From a bacterium (GTDB lineage Bacteria > Hydrothermota > 32-111), in the NCBI GenBank assembly GCA_050239825.1, contig JBFXGO010000017.1, positions 1 to 46,006 of the forward strand: a stretch of DNA of 46,006 bases. Reading direction: 5' to 3'. Each line of letters starts with the position of its first letter. Positions within the stretch are counted from its first letter, which is position 1. This document shows, piece after piece, positions 19,301 through 29,900 of this stretch. The position numbers and the translations under genes were made by a program. Below the pieces are notes generated by a model that was not told the origin of the DNA, searched no databases, and saw only the letters and a list, made by a program, of their open reading frames with translations.

Positions 19301-20161
19301 TTACCTCAGCTTGACGGTCTGCCCGTCTTTTATCATATCGCTTCCGCGGGTCACTATCGTGTCTCCGATGTTTATTCCTTCCGTTATCTCAACTGAAGCG
19401 GAGTTTTTCAATCCTGTCTTCACCGGTCTCTTGGTAACTGCGCCCTCTTTATACACAAAAACGAAATCTCCGACAGAATCAGCTCTTAATGCCTCAAAAG
19501 AAATCACCTTCACATTCTTTTTTTCCGTGAGATACAGTTTCACAGTGCAAGAGCGGTTGAGATACTTGGATCCTCCCGATATAACAATGTCAACGCTTCC
19601 CATCTGTGTAAAATTGTTGACAAATGCGGATTTTCTGTCCACATATCCCGAAAGAATATTTCCATCCACATTGATTTCAGCCCGTATGCCTCTGTTTATT
19701 GTCGAGAGAAGGTCTGCGGAGACATATACCCTCGCGACCACCCTGCTGTTTTCAGCAACCATTGCAACAGGCATTGACGGAGCCACTGCATCTCCGCGCA
19801 TCATATTGAGGTCATAGACAAGTCCGTCGATTGGAGAGAGAACCTTTGCTGTTTCAAATGACATGCCCGGTACAGAACGGTCTATTTCAGCTATTACATC
19901 ATTCTTTTTAACATAAGCTCCCTCATCAACCGTGTATTTTATGAATCTTCCCGGAACATCGGGATATATCTCTGTCTGGTTATATCCTTCTATTTTACCA
20001 TAGAAATCCTGAACAACAGATATCCCTCCGAGAGAAACGACTTCATGGGCTACTGTTTTCACCGTGATTTCCATTGCCGGCTTCTTTGCGGTTGCTTTTG
20101 CAATGAAAAGAGAAAGAAGTATTACAGCGATTATTATGACAAATATTAAATATTTTTTCAT
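19301..20161 (-). CDS. RND periplasmic adaptor (membrane fusion protein)
   Basis: N-terminal anchor, lipoyl-like VDEGAYVKKNDVIAEID, V(L)SPIDG, VKTGLKN...VEITEG; start ATG 20161 after GGAGG. Confidence 0.9.
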   Translation of the reverse strand: MKKYLIFVIIIAVILLSLFIAKATAKKPAMEITVKTVAHEVVSLGGISVVQDFYGKIEGYNQTEIYPDVPGRFIKYTVDEGAYVKKNDVIAEIDRSVPGMSFETAKVLSPIDGLVYDLNMMRGDAVAPSMPVAMVAENSRVVARVYVSADLLSTINRGIRAEINVDGNILSGYVDRKSAFVNNFTQMGSVDIVISGGSKYLNRSCTVKLYLTEKKNVKVISFEALRADSVGDFVFVYKEGAVTKRPVKTGLKNSASVEITEGINIGDTIVTRGSDMIKDGQTVKLR

Positions 20162-20171
20162 TTTTCCTCCT

Positions 20172-21488
20172 TTATAGAACACCTATTGAATTTAAAATTG
20201 ACACTTGATTTATTATCTTGTCGTAGATAGCCTTTAGGTAACCCGACTGGCTCCTGAGGTAATTGGTCTCAGCATCAAGATAATCATTGTTGCTTATTAT
20301 GCCTCTGTTGTACTGCTCCTGCGCGGTTTTGTACGCCTCCTCCGAGAGAAGAACCGTCTTTGCATACATTTCAATTGTTTGCTTGGAGTTTTCATATCCG
20401 TTCAAAAGATACTCAATATCGAGCTTCGTCTTCTCCTTCAGCATTGAAAGAGCCATTTCGGACTGTTTAACCTGTTTGCCGCTCTTCAAAACATCTATAA
20501 CCTTTCCTCCTCCTGCAAATATATCCATCGAGGCGGTGACTCCGAAGTTTATTGAACCGTCATAAAAAGTTGAATCATTATAGTATGTATAATAATTCTT
20601 ATATGTGTACTGCGAGAATAAAGCCACTGTGGGGAGAAATGCCATTTGGTTCATCGTATGGATTTTTTTAACCATGTTCTTTGAAAACTCGGCTCCCTTT
20701 ATCTCTTTTTTTCGCTCAAGCGAAATTTTTAAAAGCTCAGCGCTTGTCATCATGTCAATGTTGAGAGTATCGAATATTTCGGCTATATAGCCGGATAGAG
20801 AATCTTCAAGGGTTATCTCTTCCGTAATATCCGCGCCCATCATGAAGTTGAGGGTTCTGTAAACATTATCCCTCTGCTTCTTCAGGTCAAGAACCTGCAC
20901 TTCGAGATTTTTGACTTCAATCTCCGAAGATAGAAGCTCAATTTTGCTTGCAGAGCCGTATCCGTACCTTGACTGGACAGTCTTTAGATGCTCATTCTTT
21001 GAGTCAAGGACTTTTGAAGTCACACCAACCATCTCGTCTGTAAGAAGCGCAGAAAGATATAACTGCGTGACGGCAAGTTTGATATCCGATTTAGTTTTGC
21101 TCAAATCATTCTCAGCCATCTTGTACTTTTCTTTTGAGATAAGGTAGCCGAGGACAAGCTTTCCCTGAATAAAAACCGGTTGAGACAGCTTTATGTCATA
21201 GGAATAGTTGTCCTGAAGACCGACCTGAATTGTGACAGGACCCATCACGGTCATTGTGGTGGTTGTCGGAACAGTATCAAGCCGCACAAAAGTGCCGCTG
21301 CCTGTTAGTTTCGGAAGGAATTGAGTCACTGCCTTGACTTCATCCAATTTTGCAGTTGACAGACTCAGCTCCTGCATCTTTAACTGCAGGTTCTCATCCA
21401 TCGCTCTCTCTATCGCCTCGGTGAGGGTCAGGGAGTGAGCAGTTGAGAAGAGAAAAACAACCGCAAGAAGAATCATCACTCGTTTCAT
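20172..21488 (-). CDS. TolC-family outer membrane efflux protein
   Basis: Signal peptide, LTLTEAIERA..N, FLPKL, two OEP-like repeats; position between TetR and MFP. Confidence 0.9.
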   Translation of the reverse strand: MKRVMILLAVVFLFSTAHSLTLTEAIERAMDENLQLKMQELSLSTAKLDEVKAVTQFLPKLTGSGTFVRLDTVPTTTTMTVMGPVTIQVGLQDNYSYDIKLSQPVFIQGKLVLGYLISKEKYKMAENDLSKTKSDIKLAVTQLYLSALLTDEMVGVTSKVLDSKNEHLKTVQSRYGYGSASKIELLSSEIEVKNLEVQVLDLKKQRDNVYRTLNFMMGADITEEITLEDSLSGYIAEIFDTLNIDMMTSAELLKISLERKKEIKGAEFSKNMVKKIHTMNQMAFLPTVALFSQYTYKNYYTYYNDSTFYDGSINFGVTASMDIFAGGGKVIDVLKSGKQVKQSEMALSMLKEKTKLDIEYLLNGYENSKQTIEMYAKTVLLSEEAYKTAQEQYNRGIISNNDYLDAETNYLRSQSGYLKAIYDKIINQVSILNSIGVL

Positions 21489-21491
21489 TAT

Positions 21492-22073
21492 CTATTTCTC
21501 CTTTTTAATTAACTGTAGCACGCTTTCTCTGAATGTTGAGATTTCCTTTTTGTTTACTTTTCCTGTAAATACTATGTATTTTGTCATTATCATCTGTATT
21601 CCTCCCATTATCATCACAGCCAGAGAGTCCCTATCCACCTTCTTGAATTCTCCGCTCTTTATTCCTGATTCAAGGATTCCTTTTAAAAAAGTGAATCTTC
21701 TCGTAAAAATCGAGTTGTCAAAAAGCCTATCCCTGCTACTGCACTTTCTCATCGTCTCCAGAACTTCTGTGATGAAAAGCCGCGTGATGTTTTTATTGCT
21801 TGTCAGAATGCTCAATGAATGGTCAATGTAGATTTTAAGCTTTTCACTTGCCCCGTTGACTGTCTCGACTGTCTTTTCAAGGTCATTATTAAAGTGATTG
21901 AGAGCATAAGTGGTTGATGAGACAAAAAGGTCTTTTTTATCTTTGAAGTAAAGATAAACAGTGCCTTTGCCCACGCCTGCTTTCTTAGCCACCGAATCAA
22001 TGTCTGTTTCGGCAAATCCCTTTTCACAGAAGAGTTCAAGGGCGCTTTTTATAATTTGTTCTTTTTTATTCAT
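21492..22073 (-). CDS. TetR/AcrR family transcriptional regulator
   Basis: HTH ALELFCEKGF..TDIDSVAKKAGVGKGTVYLYFKDK. Likely start ATG 22073; the TTG at 22109 is the -35 box. Confidence 0.93.
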   Translation of the reverse strand: MNKKEQIIKSALELFCEKGFAETDIDSVAKKAGVGKGTVYLYFKDKKDLFVSSTTYALNHFNNDLEKTVETVNGASEKLKIYIDHSLSILTSNKNITRLFITEVLETMRKCSSRDRLFDNSIFTRRFTFLKGILESGIKSGEFKKVDRDSLAVMIMGGIQMIMTKYIVFTGKVNKKEISTFRESVLQLIKKEK

Positions 22074-22080
22074 GGGGGGC

Positions 22081-22109
22081 ATTATATCAAAAACTGACTG
22101 GTCAGTCAA
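22081..22109 (-). promoter_or_regulatory. Promoter with overlapping TetR-type operator
   Basis: TTGACT-17 nt-TATAAT; near-palindrome TGACTGGTCAGTCA (22095-22108) overlaps the -35 and spacer. Confidence 0.8.
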
Positions 22110-22165
22110 TAGGGTAGTTTTGAATAATTTTGCACTGTTTAAATAGGAGCTATTAACAACTTATT

Positions 22166-25100
22166 CTATCTTATCACTGCTATTTTTTTCGTGAAGCTCT
22201 TTTTGGAATTATCGGCTCTTATAAAGTAAACTCCGCTTGAGAGCTTTTCTGATGACGGATTGAAGACAAATAAATTGAGTCCGCTTGAACCTGCAGTTAT
22301 CTTTTTAGAAAAGACCTCCATTCCTGCTGAGTTATAGATTCTGAATGTGACATTCTCTTCTTTCAAAGCAGAGAAGAAAATTCTGAATTCAGAAGAGGAG
22401 AGTGTCGAATTCATCGAGATAAATTTAAACTCAGGCAGGGGCAGAGCTATATTGAGATCGTTTATACCTATGGCGCCTTCAAAGAAGAGCATTATCCTTC
22501 TCACCCACTCGCGCTTTGATGATATAGAATCCGCATCCGCAAGACTGCCCACTCCAAGCGAGGAACCCACTGTTCTGTATAGAGGAGCCGAGTTTGAAAC
22601 CGCATATACGGTGTCCCCCTTCAGAAAAACATTCTTTGCCCCATATAGCGTGTCGAGAACATCGGCAGAAATTCCTCCGCTGTATGTCATGTTCATTCCT
22701 TCAGCTATTGAACCCGAAAGACCGACTATTTCAAAATTGTTTGCCATGTCTCCGTCATTCTTTCCATCAATTTTAAAGAGCGAACCGAAATCATAGCCGT
22801 TCCCAGTATATATATCCCAGTACCACACTTCACCGCCCTCAAGGTAAAGATTTAACTTACCCTCTTTGCACAATGAATCTATAGCCGCAGGTATGGAATC
22901 CCCTGCAGATATTGCATTGTTGTTAGGATACTCTCCCGCGCATAAAAATATATTTTTGTAATCATCCAATTCCAATTTGTTGACAGACAATGCATACTCT
23001 CCGTTGTAACCCAAATCTGTCAGAAGAGAATCTATCATAATGGCAGAGAGATTGTTTTTCGAACGGTCAAGCACAAGATAATCGAGCTTATTCACATTTA
23101 AAGAGAATTCAAATGTGTCCTTTATGCCGAAGGTGTCTTCAACACACACTCTGTATGAGACTGAAAAGAAAGAGTCTATGCCGGATTTCACATAAAAGGT
23201 CAATGTATCGCTTGCAAGAGTGTCATATCCCTGAATGTACGGCAGCCCGGAAACCGAATCAATGAACTTCAAAAGCAAAGTGTCATTGGAAATAAACTGC
23301 ATAGAGACGGAATAGTCATTTATGTTGGAGAGATTTGCGGCTTTTACAGACATCTTGACTGTGTCACCCGACACTATCCCGTCTGAAACATCATAATCAG
23401 CCGAAATTACTTTTATTTCAGGAGCTAATATCTTAACCTGTTTTTTAAATAATGCAGTTGAGTCATTGATGTCCTTGAAAGAGAATACTATCGTATCTCT
23501 TGCATTGTTTTTTATTCCTTCGTTTGCAAACGACACGACAGGCATTAAAGCCCATGATGAATCACCGACACTTAATGTGTCCTGAAATGCAAGAGAGCGG
23601 GATTTGAAACCTATCAGAGATTTGACAGTGGACAATGAACAGGTAAGAGATACAATAATGTTCTCTCCGAGATTTTCAATCATTATGCTCAGATCTCCCG
23701 TATCAAGAGGCGAGTATTGACTATCAGGCGGATTTATAAAAAATATTGTATCGGCAAAAAGAACATTTGAAATATATGGATAGAAGGATGATGAAGAGAC
23801 AGTTGAAAATGTTTCTCCGTATCTGAAGTTTGGTTTTGTCGCCACAAATCTTATTGTCTCTCCGGAGAATCCGGGATTTGTGACTTTTAGAAGCCCCGAT
23901 GAATCCGTGTATCCCGCATAGAAAAGAGTGTTATTAAGCATCACTGACACAAGAGCATTTGCAACTGGCATTGACGAGCCATCCCCTTTAACTTCAATTT
24001 CAATCTCAGTAGATGCTTCCGGTATAGGATTCAATACATTTATCTTCAATGTGTCCTCTATACCGGTATAGAGGGAAAGTGACGGGTCTCCTAAAATATT
24101 GTACATCTCATAATACCTTTTGCTCAGTCCTCCTCCCGAATATGCAGAATAAACTCCGAATTTTCCTATGTTCATAAGTTTGCCTGTAAAAAATATTCCG
24201 GAATCTGCCAGAGCATCAAAAAAAGCTCTCTCCATGTAATCATCCTCATCCCAGTATGAATATACGGATGAACCCATGAATGAAACAGCTCCTCCATTCT
24301 CTTTCTTTACCCATGTCTCTCCGAAGCAGTCGTATGAGAGTGCATAATTTCCCGTCTGGCACGCATAGCTTGAAACAAAGGGAATCATGTCCTGATTGAG
24401 AAGATTGCCTATGTCTGTCTGCGAAAATGACGGTCCCGCCCATGCAGTGTAGGAGCCATGCCCTGAATATGCGGCTATTGACCGTCCGTTGTTTATTGCA
24501 GTTGAAACAGGCGTGCCTGAGGAGTAATAGTCAAACATTGAATCCACTGTCATTGACATTGACCTTAGCTTTCCTGCGGCATACACCTGCGTTGATTCTG
24601 CCACAAGGTGAAAGGACGGGTCATCAGAAGCCATCAGGTATGCCCTAAATGACCATTCGTCTTCGGCATTCCATGCTGCTGTTTCAAACATAACTGTCTT
24701 TTCGGAAATTATCCTGAGATATGCTGTATCGGATGAGGGAAATCTACCGATATAAACATCGGGAATGTAATCGCTCCCAGCCAAGAGTGAATAGTAAAGG
24801 TCTGTGGGAGGACTATCCATCTCAGTTCCGACAAAATTCGGAATCAAATTAACATCTCCGGCAAGAAGAATGAACCTTAAAGGCACGGATGATGTGTCAT
24901 ATAAACTCTGAATGTGATTTTTTATGTCTGTATTTACAGAACCGGTGGTATCTATATCAAGGATTTCGACAGAGAAACCCTGCCTTTTCTTGAAATCAGT
25001 GAAAACCGAGAGTGATGGCAAAAATTCATTTTTGGTGACTATCAGATACTTTGATGGAAACGATTCCCACTCTGGCAAATCATTCAGAATTTCGCCGTCC

Positions 25101-25636
25101 ATTTCAAATTCAATATCTCTGTAGAAAGCAAGCTCATTTACTCCCGCTTTATAGATTAGAGGGTATATTTCTATAAGATTTATATGAATCCCATTCTCCT
25201 CTCCCGCATAAATGACTCTGTTTGTCATAGCAGGATACTTTGAAAAGGATGAATAAAATTTATCTTCCTTTGCAAAAACAAAATCATCATTCTGTTTTAC
25301 ATGGGGATACTGGGAGGGAAAGATTTCCTTTGAAAGATTGATAATCTTTTCATTGCTTAGTTTAAGATTTTTTATCTTTACATCAGGAGAATTTGAATAG
25401 ACAGTTATTCTTAAAATAGGAATTTGGGGAAACCCGACTTCATTAGTGTACGATGTTGAAATAAAATAAGTGTAACCATCTTTTTCCGCATACTCAATCC
25501 TGTTGAGACTCGCTTTGTACAATCTGTCTATTCTGCTGATTGAAAAATCAGATTCAGAACTGTCAAAAAGAAAGTTCTCTGTAAAGAGGAGCATCCATCC
25601 AAAGATAAGAAACAAGAGAAAAAATAGTTTTTTCAT
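22166..25636 (-). CDS. C25 (gingipain-family) cysteine peptidase with T9SS-like CTD
   Basis: Propeptide GFPQIP, KYLIVT, LLAGD, TDLYY, PDVYIGRF, catalytic YSGHGS and YACQTG, YNILGDP; CTD FRIYNSAG...LSSGVYFIR...KKIAVIR. Confidence 0.9.
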   Translation of the reverse strand: MKKLFFLLFLIFGWMLLFTENFLFDSSESDFSISRIDRLYKASLNRIEYAEKDGYTYFISTSYTNEVGFPQIPILRITVYSNSPDVKIKNLKLSNEKIINLSKEIFPSQYPHVKQNDDFVFAKEDKFYSSFSKYPAMTNRVIYAGEENGIHINLIEIYPLIYKAGVNELAFYRDIEFEMDGEILNDLPEWESFPSKYLIVTKNEFLPSLSVFTDFKKRQGFSVEILDIDTTGSVNTDIKNHIQSLYDTSSVPLRFILLAGDVNLIPNFVGTEMDSPPTDLYYSLLAGSDYIPDVYIGRFPSSDTAYLRIISEKTVMFETAAWNAEDEWSFRAYLMASDDPSFHLVAESTQVYAAGKLRSMSMTVDSMFDYYSSGTPVSTAINNGRSIAAYSGHGSYTAWAGPSFSQTDIGNLLNQDMIPFVSSYACQTGNYALSYDCFGETWVKKENGGAVSFMGSSVYSYWDEDDYMERAFFDALADSGIFFTGKLMNIGKFGVYSAYSGGGLSKRYYEMYNILGDPSLSLYTGIEDTLKINVLNPIPEASTEIEIEVKGDGSSMPVANALVSVMLNNTLFYAGYTDSSGLLKVTNPGFSGETIRFVATKPNFRYGETFSTVSSSSFYPYISNVLFADTIFFINPPDSQYSPLDTGDLSIMIENLGENIIVSLTCSLSTVKSLIGFKSRSLAFQDTLSVGDSSWALMPVVSFANEGIKNNARDTIVFSFKDINDSTALFKKQVKILAPEIKVISADYDVSDGIVSGDTVKMSVKAANLSNINDYSVSMQFISNDTLLLKFIDSVSGLPYIQGYDTLASDTLTFYVKSGIDSFFSVSYRVCVEDTFGIKDTFEFSLNVNKLDYLVLDRSKNNLSAIMIDSLLTDLGYNGEYALSVNKLELDDYKNIFLCAGEYPNNNAISAGDSIPAAIDSLCKEGKLNLYLEGGEVWYWDIYTGNGYDFGSLFKIDGKNDGDMANNFEIVGLSGSIAEGMNMTYSGGISADVLDTLYGAKNVFLKGDTVYAVSNSAPLYRTVGSSLGVGSLADADSISSKREWVRRIMLFFEGAIGINDLNIALPLPEFKFISMNSTLSSSEFRIFFSALKEENVTFRIYNSAGMEVFSKKITAGSSGLNLFVFNPSSEKLSSGVYFIRADNSKKSFTKKIAVIR

Positions 25637-25733
25637 ATCCTTAATAATAATGCATTTTCCGCTATTGTCAATTAGAGATAGTCTCTGACTTAACGGCTAT
25701 TTACTTTTTTTGCGGAATTGATATTATATCTTA

Positions 25734-26966
25734 ATGGTAAAAAACATAAATTTATACAGAAGTCATTTAACAGAGATTGGAGAAGACGGTAAAAACTATC
25801 TTATAGGCAACCTGCTTTCGGGTTTCGGGTTCGCCGCATTCTCTCTGCTATTCAACCTGTTTCTTAAGAATAACGGAGTCAATGAGGGCTCAATTGGCAA
25901 TCTTCTCTCAATCGGCACATATACGACCGTATTCCTAATCCTCCCTGCCGCATACATAGTCAAGCGTTTTCCGATTTCCAAAATAATCACAGTATCGCCG
26001 ATTGTTACTGTACTCGGTTATTTCATAGCTATTCAGTCAAATTCCATTCAGATGAGAATGCTCGGTTTCATAATTGCCGGCTCTGCAGGCGCATTCAATT
26101 CAGTAATAGGGGGACCCTTTATAATGCGCATTACCAGCGATGCAAGCCGCACATTTTTATTCTCTCTCAATCATGCAACAATGCTTCTCGCGGGAATCAC
26201 TGGCAATCTTATAGCAGGATTTCTTCCGAAAATATTGTCCCAAATAGGCACAACCGAATCGAATGCCCTCAGGTATGCGATTTTCCTCCACCTCTTTGCC
26301 GCACTTTTCTCTTCCATATTTTTTTCAAAAATCACAATAAAAAAACTATATGATGAAAATTTGAAAGGTCCTGCAAAGGTGAATACATCAAAAAGACTCC
26401 TCCTCTACCTTGTTCTCCCGCCTATGACTGTCGGGTTAGGTGCGGGAATGACAATCCCATTCCTTAATCTTTATTTCAGGTCTGTATTCAAGCTTGAACC
26501 GCAGATTATAGGTGTGATATTTGCGGGAGCACAGGCATTGACGGTCCTCGGAGCATTGGCAGGTCCCATGCTGTCAAAAAGATTCGGACTTATAAAGACA
26601 GTTATTATAACTCAACTGATATCCATACCTTTTCTTTTTATACTCGGCTTCACATACTTCCTGCCTGCTGTTCTTTTGGCTTTTTTGCTCAGGAATATGC
26701 TTATGAACATGGCGAGCCCGCTGTCGACAAACTTTGCCATGGAGGTTGTATCACCTGAAGACAGACCCTTGACAAGCGGTCTTCTATCTGTTGCATGGCT
26801 TGCCACTTGGGGTTTGACTGCAAATGCAGGCGGTATTCTTATAGAAAAATACGGCTACAGAATTCCATTCTGCTGTACTATTTTCTTTTACCTGCTCTCT
26901 TCTTTTCTTTATTGGAAACTTCTAAGGCCGATTGAAAAAAGACGGTCGATCAAAAACGGTATTTGA
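25734..26966 (+). CDS. MFS transporter
   Basis: ~12 hydrophobic segments in two 6-TM halves; motif-A-like GPMLSKRFG. It is the only large plus-strand gene and overlaps the tamB 3' end. Confidence 0.85.
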   Translation: MVKNINLYRSHLTEIGEDGKNYLIGNLLSGFGFAAFSLLFNLFLKNNGVNEGSIGNLLSIGTYTTVFLILPAAYIVKRFPISKIITVSPIVTVLGYFIAIQSNSIQMRMLGFIIAGSAGAFNSVIGGPFIMRITSDASRTFLFSLNHATMLLAGITGNLIAGFLPKILSQIGTTESNALRYAIFLHLFAALFSSIFFSKITIKKLYDENLKGPAKVNTSKRLLLYLVLPPMTVGLGAGMTIPFLNLYFRSVFKLEPQIIGVIFAGAQALTVLGALAGPMLSKRFGLIKTVIITQLISIPFLFILGFTYFLPAVLLAFLLRNMLMNMASPLSTNFAMEVVSPEDRPLTSGLLSVAWLATWGLTANAGGILIEKYGYRIPFCCTIFFYLLSSFLYWKLLRPIEKRRSIKNGI

Positions 26967-29900
26967 ACTGAAGCCCCGTATTGAAATATCCCTGTTCATC
27001 CCTCTCCGTAACTATATCGGTATTCTTGATGACATTGTATTCAATTCTGAAAACATCCTTCTCAAATGTAAAGACATCGTGGGTGTAAGACACATAGAGC
27101 CGCTTCCCGATATATTTTCCTACAGAGAGCTTCGCGCTCTTTTCGCTTCCCAAAAGATTTGTTTGTATGTCAAGCTGGTCAACTCCTATTGATGAGGAGA
27201 TTGTATTCAGATATTTGTTTCTCAGATAAATCTGAAGAGCCTTCTCTGGAACCCCCTTTGATATTTCCTCAAAGTTTGAGAGAGAGGAGAGAGTTGTATT
27301 GAAAGAGAGTATTGAAATAATATTTTCTATGCCCATTGTCGGCTCTGAGTAGAGAGAGACTGTGGGATTGAAGGCGGAACCGGTTGCTTCAAGAAATACA
27401 TCCGCCTGTTTTTTCTCATCACCGTCCACATACTGAATTCTCGTGCTGGAAGTTATGTTTATCACCGGCTCAACTATTTTGCTTGTCTCCTTCAGTTCAA
27501 AAAGACCGCTGGTAATTTTGAATTTTTTGTCAAGGTAAAAGTAGTACCCTCTTATCACATTCGCTTTTCCCGTGATATTCCATTTCGTTCCGTTCTTTTT
27601 CAAAAAGACATCCCCCTTGAGCTCTGCATCGACAAAACTGTTCTTTAACCACAGATTGTTATCATTTATAAGATGAAGATTCATGTTGGACTGATATTTT
27701 GAAGCGACTGACTGCTGACCATTTTCGGATGATGCTATGAATGGAAAGTTGGATACTCCTTCTGTTATCTTTATGAGCCCGTTCATATCAACCTTCTTCA
27801 TATCGCCCCTTATGTCAAGAGAGCAGTTCGCAAATACATCCACATAGTCAATTCCGGTAGAATGAGCTCCTTCCGCAAGTATTTTAAACCAGTATTCCTC
27901 CATCATGTATTTGTCGAGTGAGACCCCGCCTGTAAGAAGGAGAGCGCCCTTTTCGGTCTTTCCTCTCAACTCCTTCACAATCGCCGAATCACCAGATAAA
28001 ACAGCATATCCTTTTGCCGCCTTTACGGTTGTTCCGAGAGATACAATGAAGACATCTGTGCTGTCAATAACAATATTGCCTTCAAGTTTTGGTTCTGTGA
28101 CCTTGCCGTAAATCCTCCCCTTTCCCGTCAAGCCGGTCTTTGTCTTTACGGTGAAGACATTTTCCAAAGGCAAAAAGTATTTTTCATCTATATTTTTCAA
28201 ATCAAATGAAATTTCCATGATGGAATTTTTTATTGAATCCTTATCTATCATTATACGCCCGAATAAATAGGAGAGCTCATTTTCATGATATGCATTGAGA
28301 TAATTTATATCAAGATTGTCGCCGTCATAGTCGCAGTTCATGAAAAGCGAGTCCATGCTTATTCCTTCAAACTCTGCTCCTACGACAGAGGCATTCATCT
28401 TCATCATTAAAGAATCAATTCTGCCGTTTCCCTCAGCGCTTATGCGGGCATCTCCATTTATCGGGACATTGGTTATATATCCCGTCATTATCATGTTTTT
28501 ATCGAATGCGTCAATTTTGAAATTCATAGAATCTTCCGTCGACTTGAAATTCCCTTTCAGGAAACCGTATTTGCCTGATAAACTCAGTGAATCTACCATG
28601 AACATTTTTTTGTTGTATTCAATTTTAATATCATTATCAAGAGAATATTCGTCAACATCGGTTTTTATATTCAATCTGCTGATGCTTCCGCGTCCCTCTG
28701 AAAAATCTCTGTTGAGAGAAAATATACAGCTTGCCCCGAAGGAGAGCATGTCAGATACCCCGTCAACATCCAGATAAAGTTTGTCTTCACCCTTCATTGA
28801 TTCAAAATATACTATTGAAACATTTTTGTTGAGAACGACTCCATTTATGAATGAACCCTGAATGACCCCCTTGTATATGCTGTCATTGCTTCCAAGAAAA
28901 TAGCCACTGCTGTTGAAATACTCAAAAGTATTGCTTTCATAAAATCCGTTGGTCATTTCAATATTGTAAACGCACTTATAACCGCTGATGCCTCCAAAAA
29001 GAGAAAGCTCTCCGTTCATATGACCTGACAGATTCAAATCGCTCTTTATAGCAGAGAGTACCTCCAGAGAAAAGTTACTCATCTTCAGATTGGCCTGCCC
29101 TCGGGTCTTATCAATGCTCCCATTCAGTGAAATTTCGCCATCCTCAATTTTCATCAGAACATTATTGAGAGACAATTCACTGTTTATAAAACTTGCAGAA
29201 CCCTTCAGACTTATGTTTTTGATATTCCCATAAAATCCCCTCATTGAATCTATAACCAGCGCCACTGATTCCTTAAAGTCTGTTTTAATGTGAAGCAATC
29301 CGTCAAAGCTGTTTTCTGCTATTGATTGATTTTTAATGAACTTCTGCGCACACACCCTGCTTAGAGCAACGTCAAATTCTCCTCCGACTCCCGGAGACAA
29401 TTCTACAAATCCTTTGCCACTCACTAAAAATTCATCATCCCTGCAGTCAAGTTCATTCAGCCATATTGTGTCTCCCGTCATTTCCGCGCCGATTGATACT
29501 TGTTCAAACAAAAGGGTATCGACTCCGACTCTTTTCAAATCCGCCTTCAATTTCATCTCCGCTCTACCATTGACTATACTGCCTGCAAGAAAGCCATCTC
29601 CTGATGCAGTAATCTCCGCGCCGAAGAGTTTCTTCCTTTCTGCGCTGAATTTGAACAATGCTTTATCAATAAACAGATTTCCATTCTTATATCCTATAGA
29701 GTTGTCAATCTCGAAAACACCGCAGGAGAAATTACCCGAGTGGGACAATGAGTCCGATTTAAGTTTGAATTCACCGTTTGTCTTTTTAAGATTCAAAATA
29801 CCCATGACATCGCAGTTTTCTACTCTATAGAGTAAATAGCCTTTTTTCCTATTGAAGGATACCACCGCATTTAAAGCAATGTCTTTTATATAGAGAGTAT

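Noticed and set aside
22074..22109. TetR N-terminal extension MTDQSVFDIMPP from the ORF track
   Set aside because: The TTG is the -35 box and the extension spans the promoter and operator.
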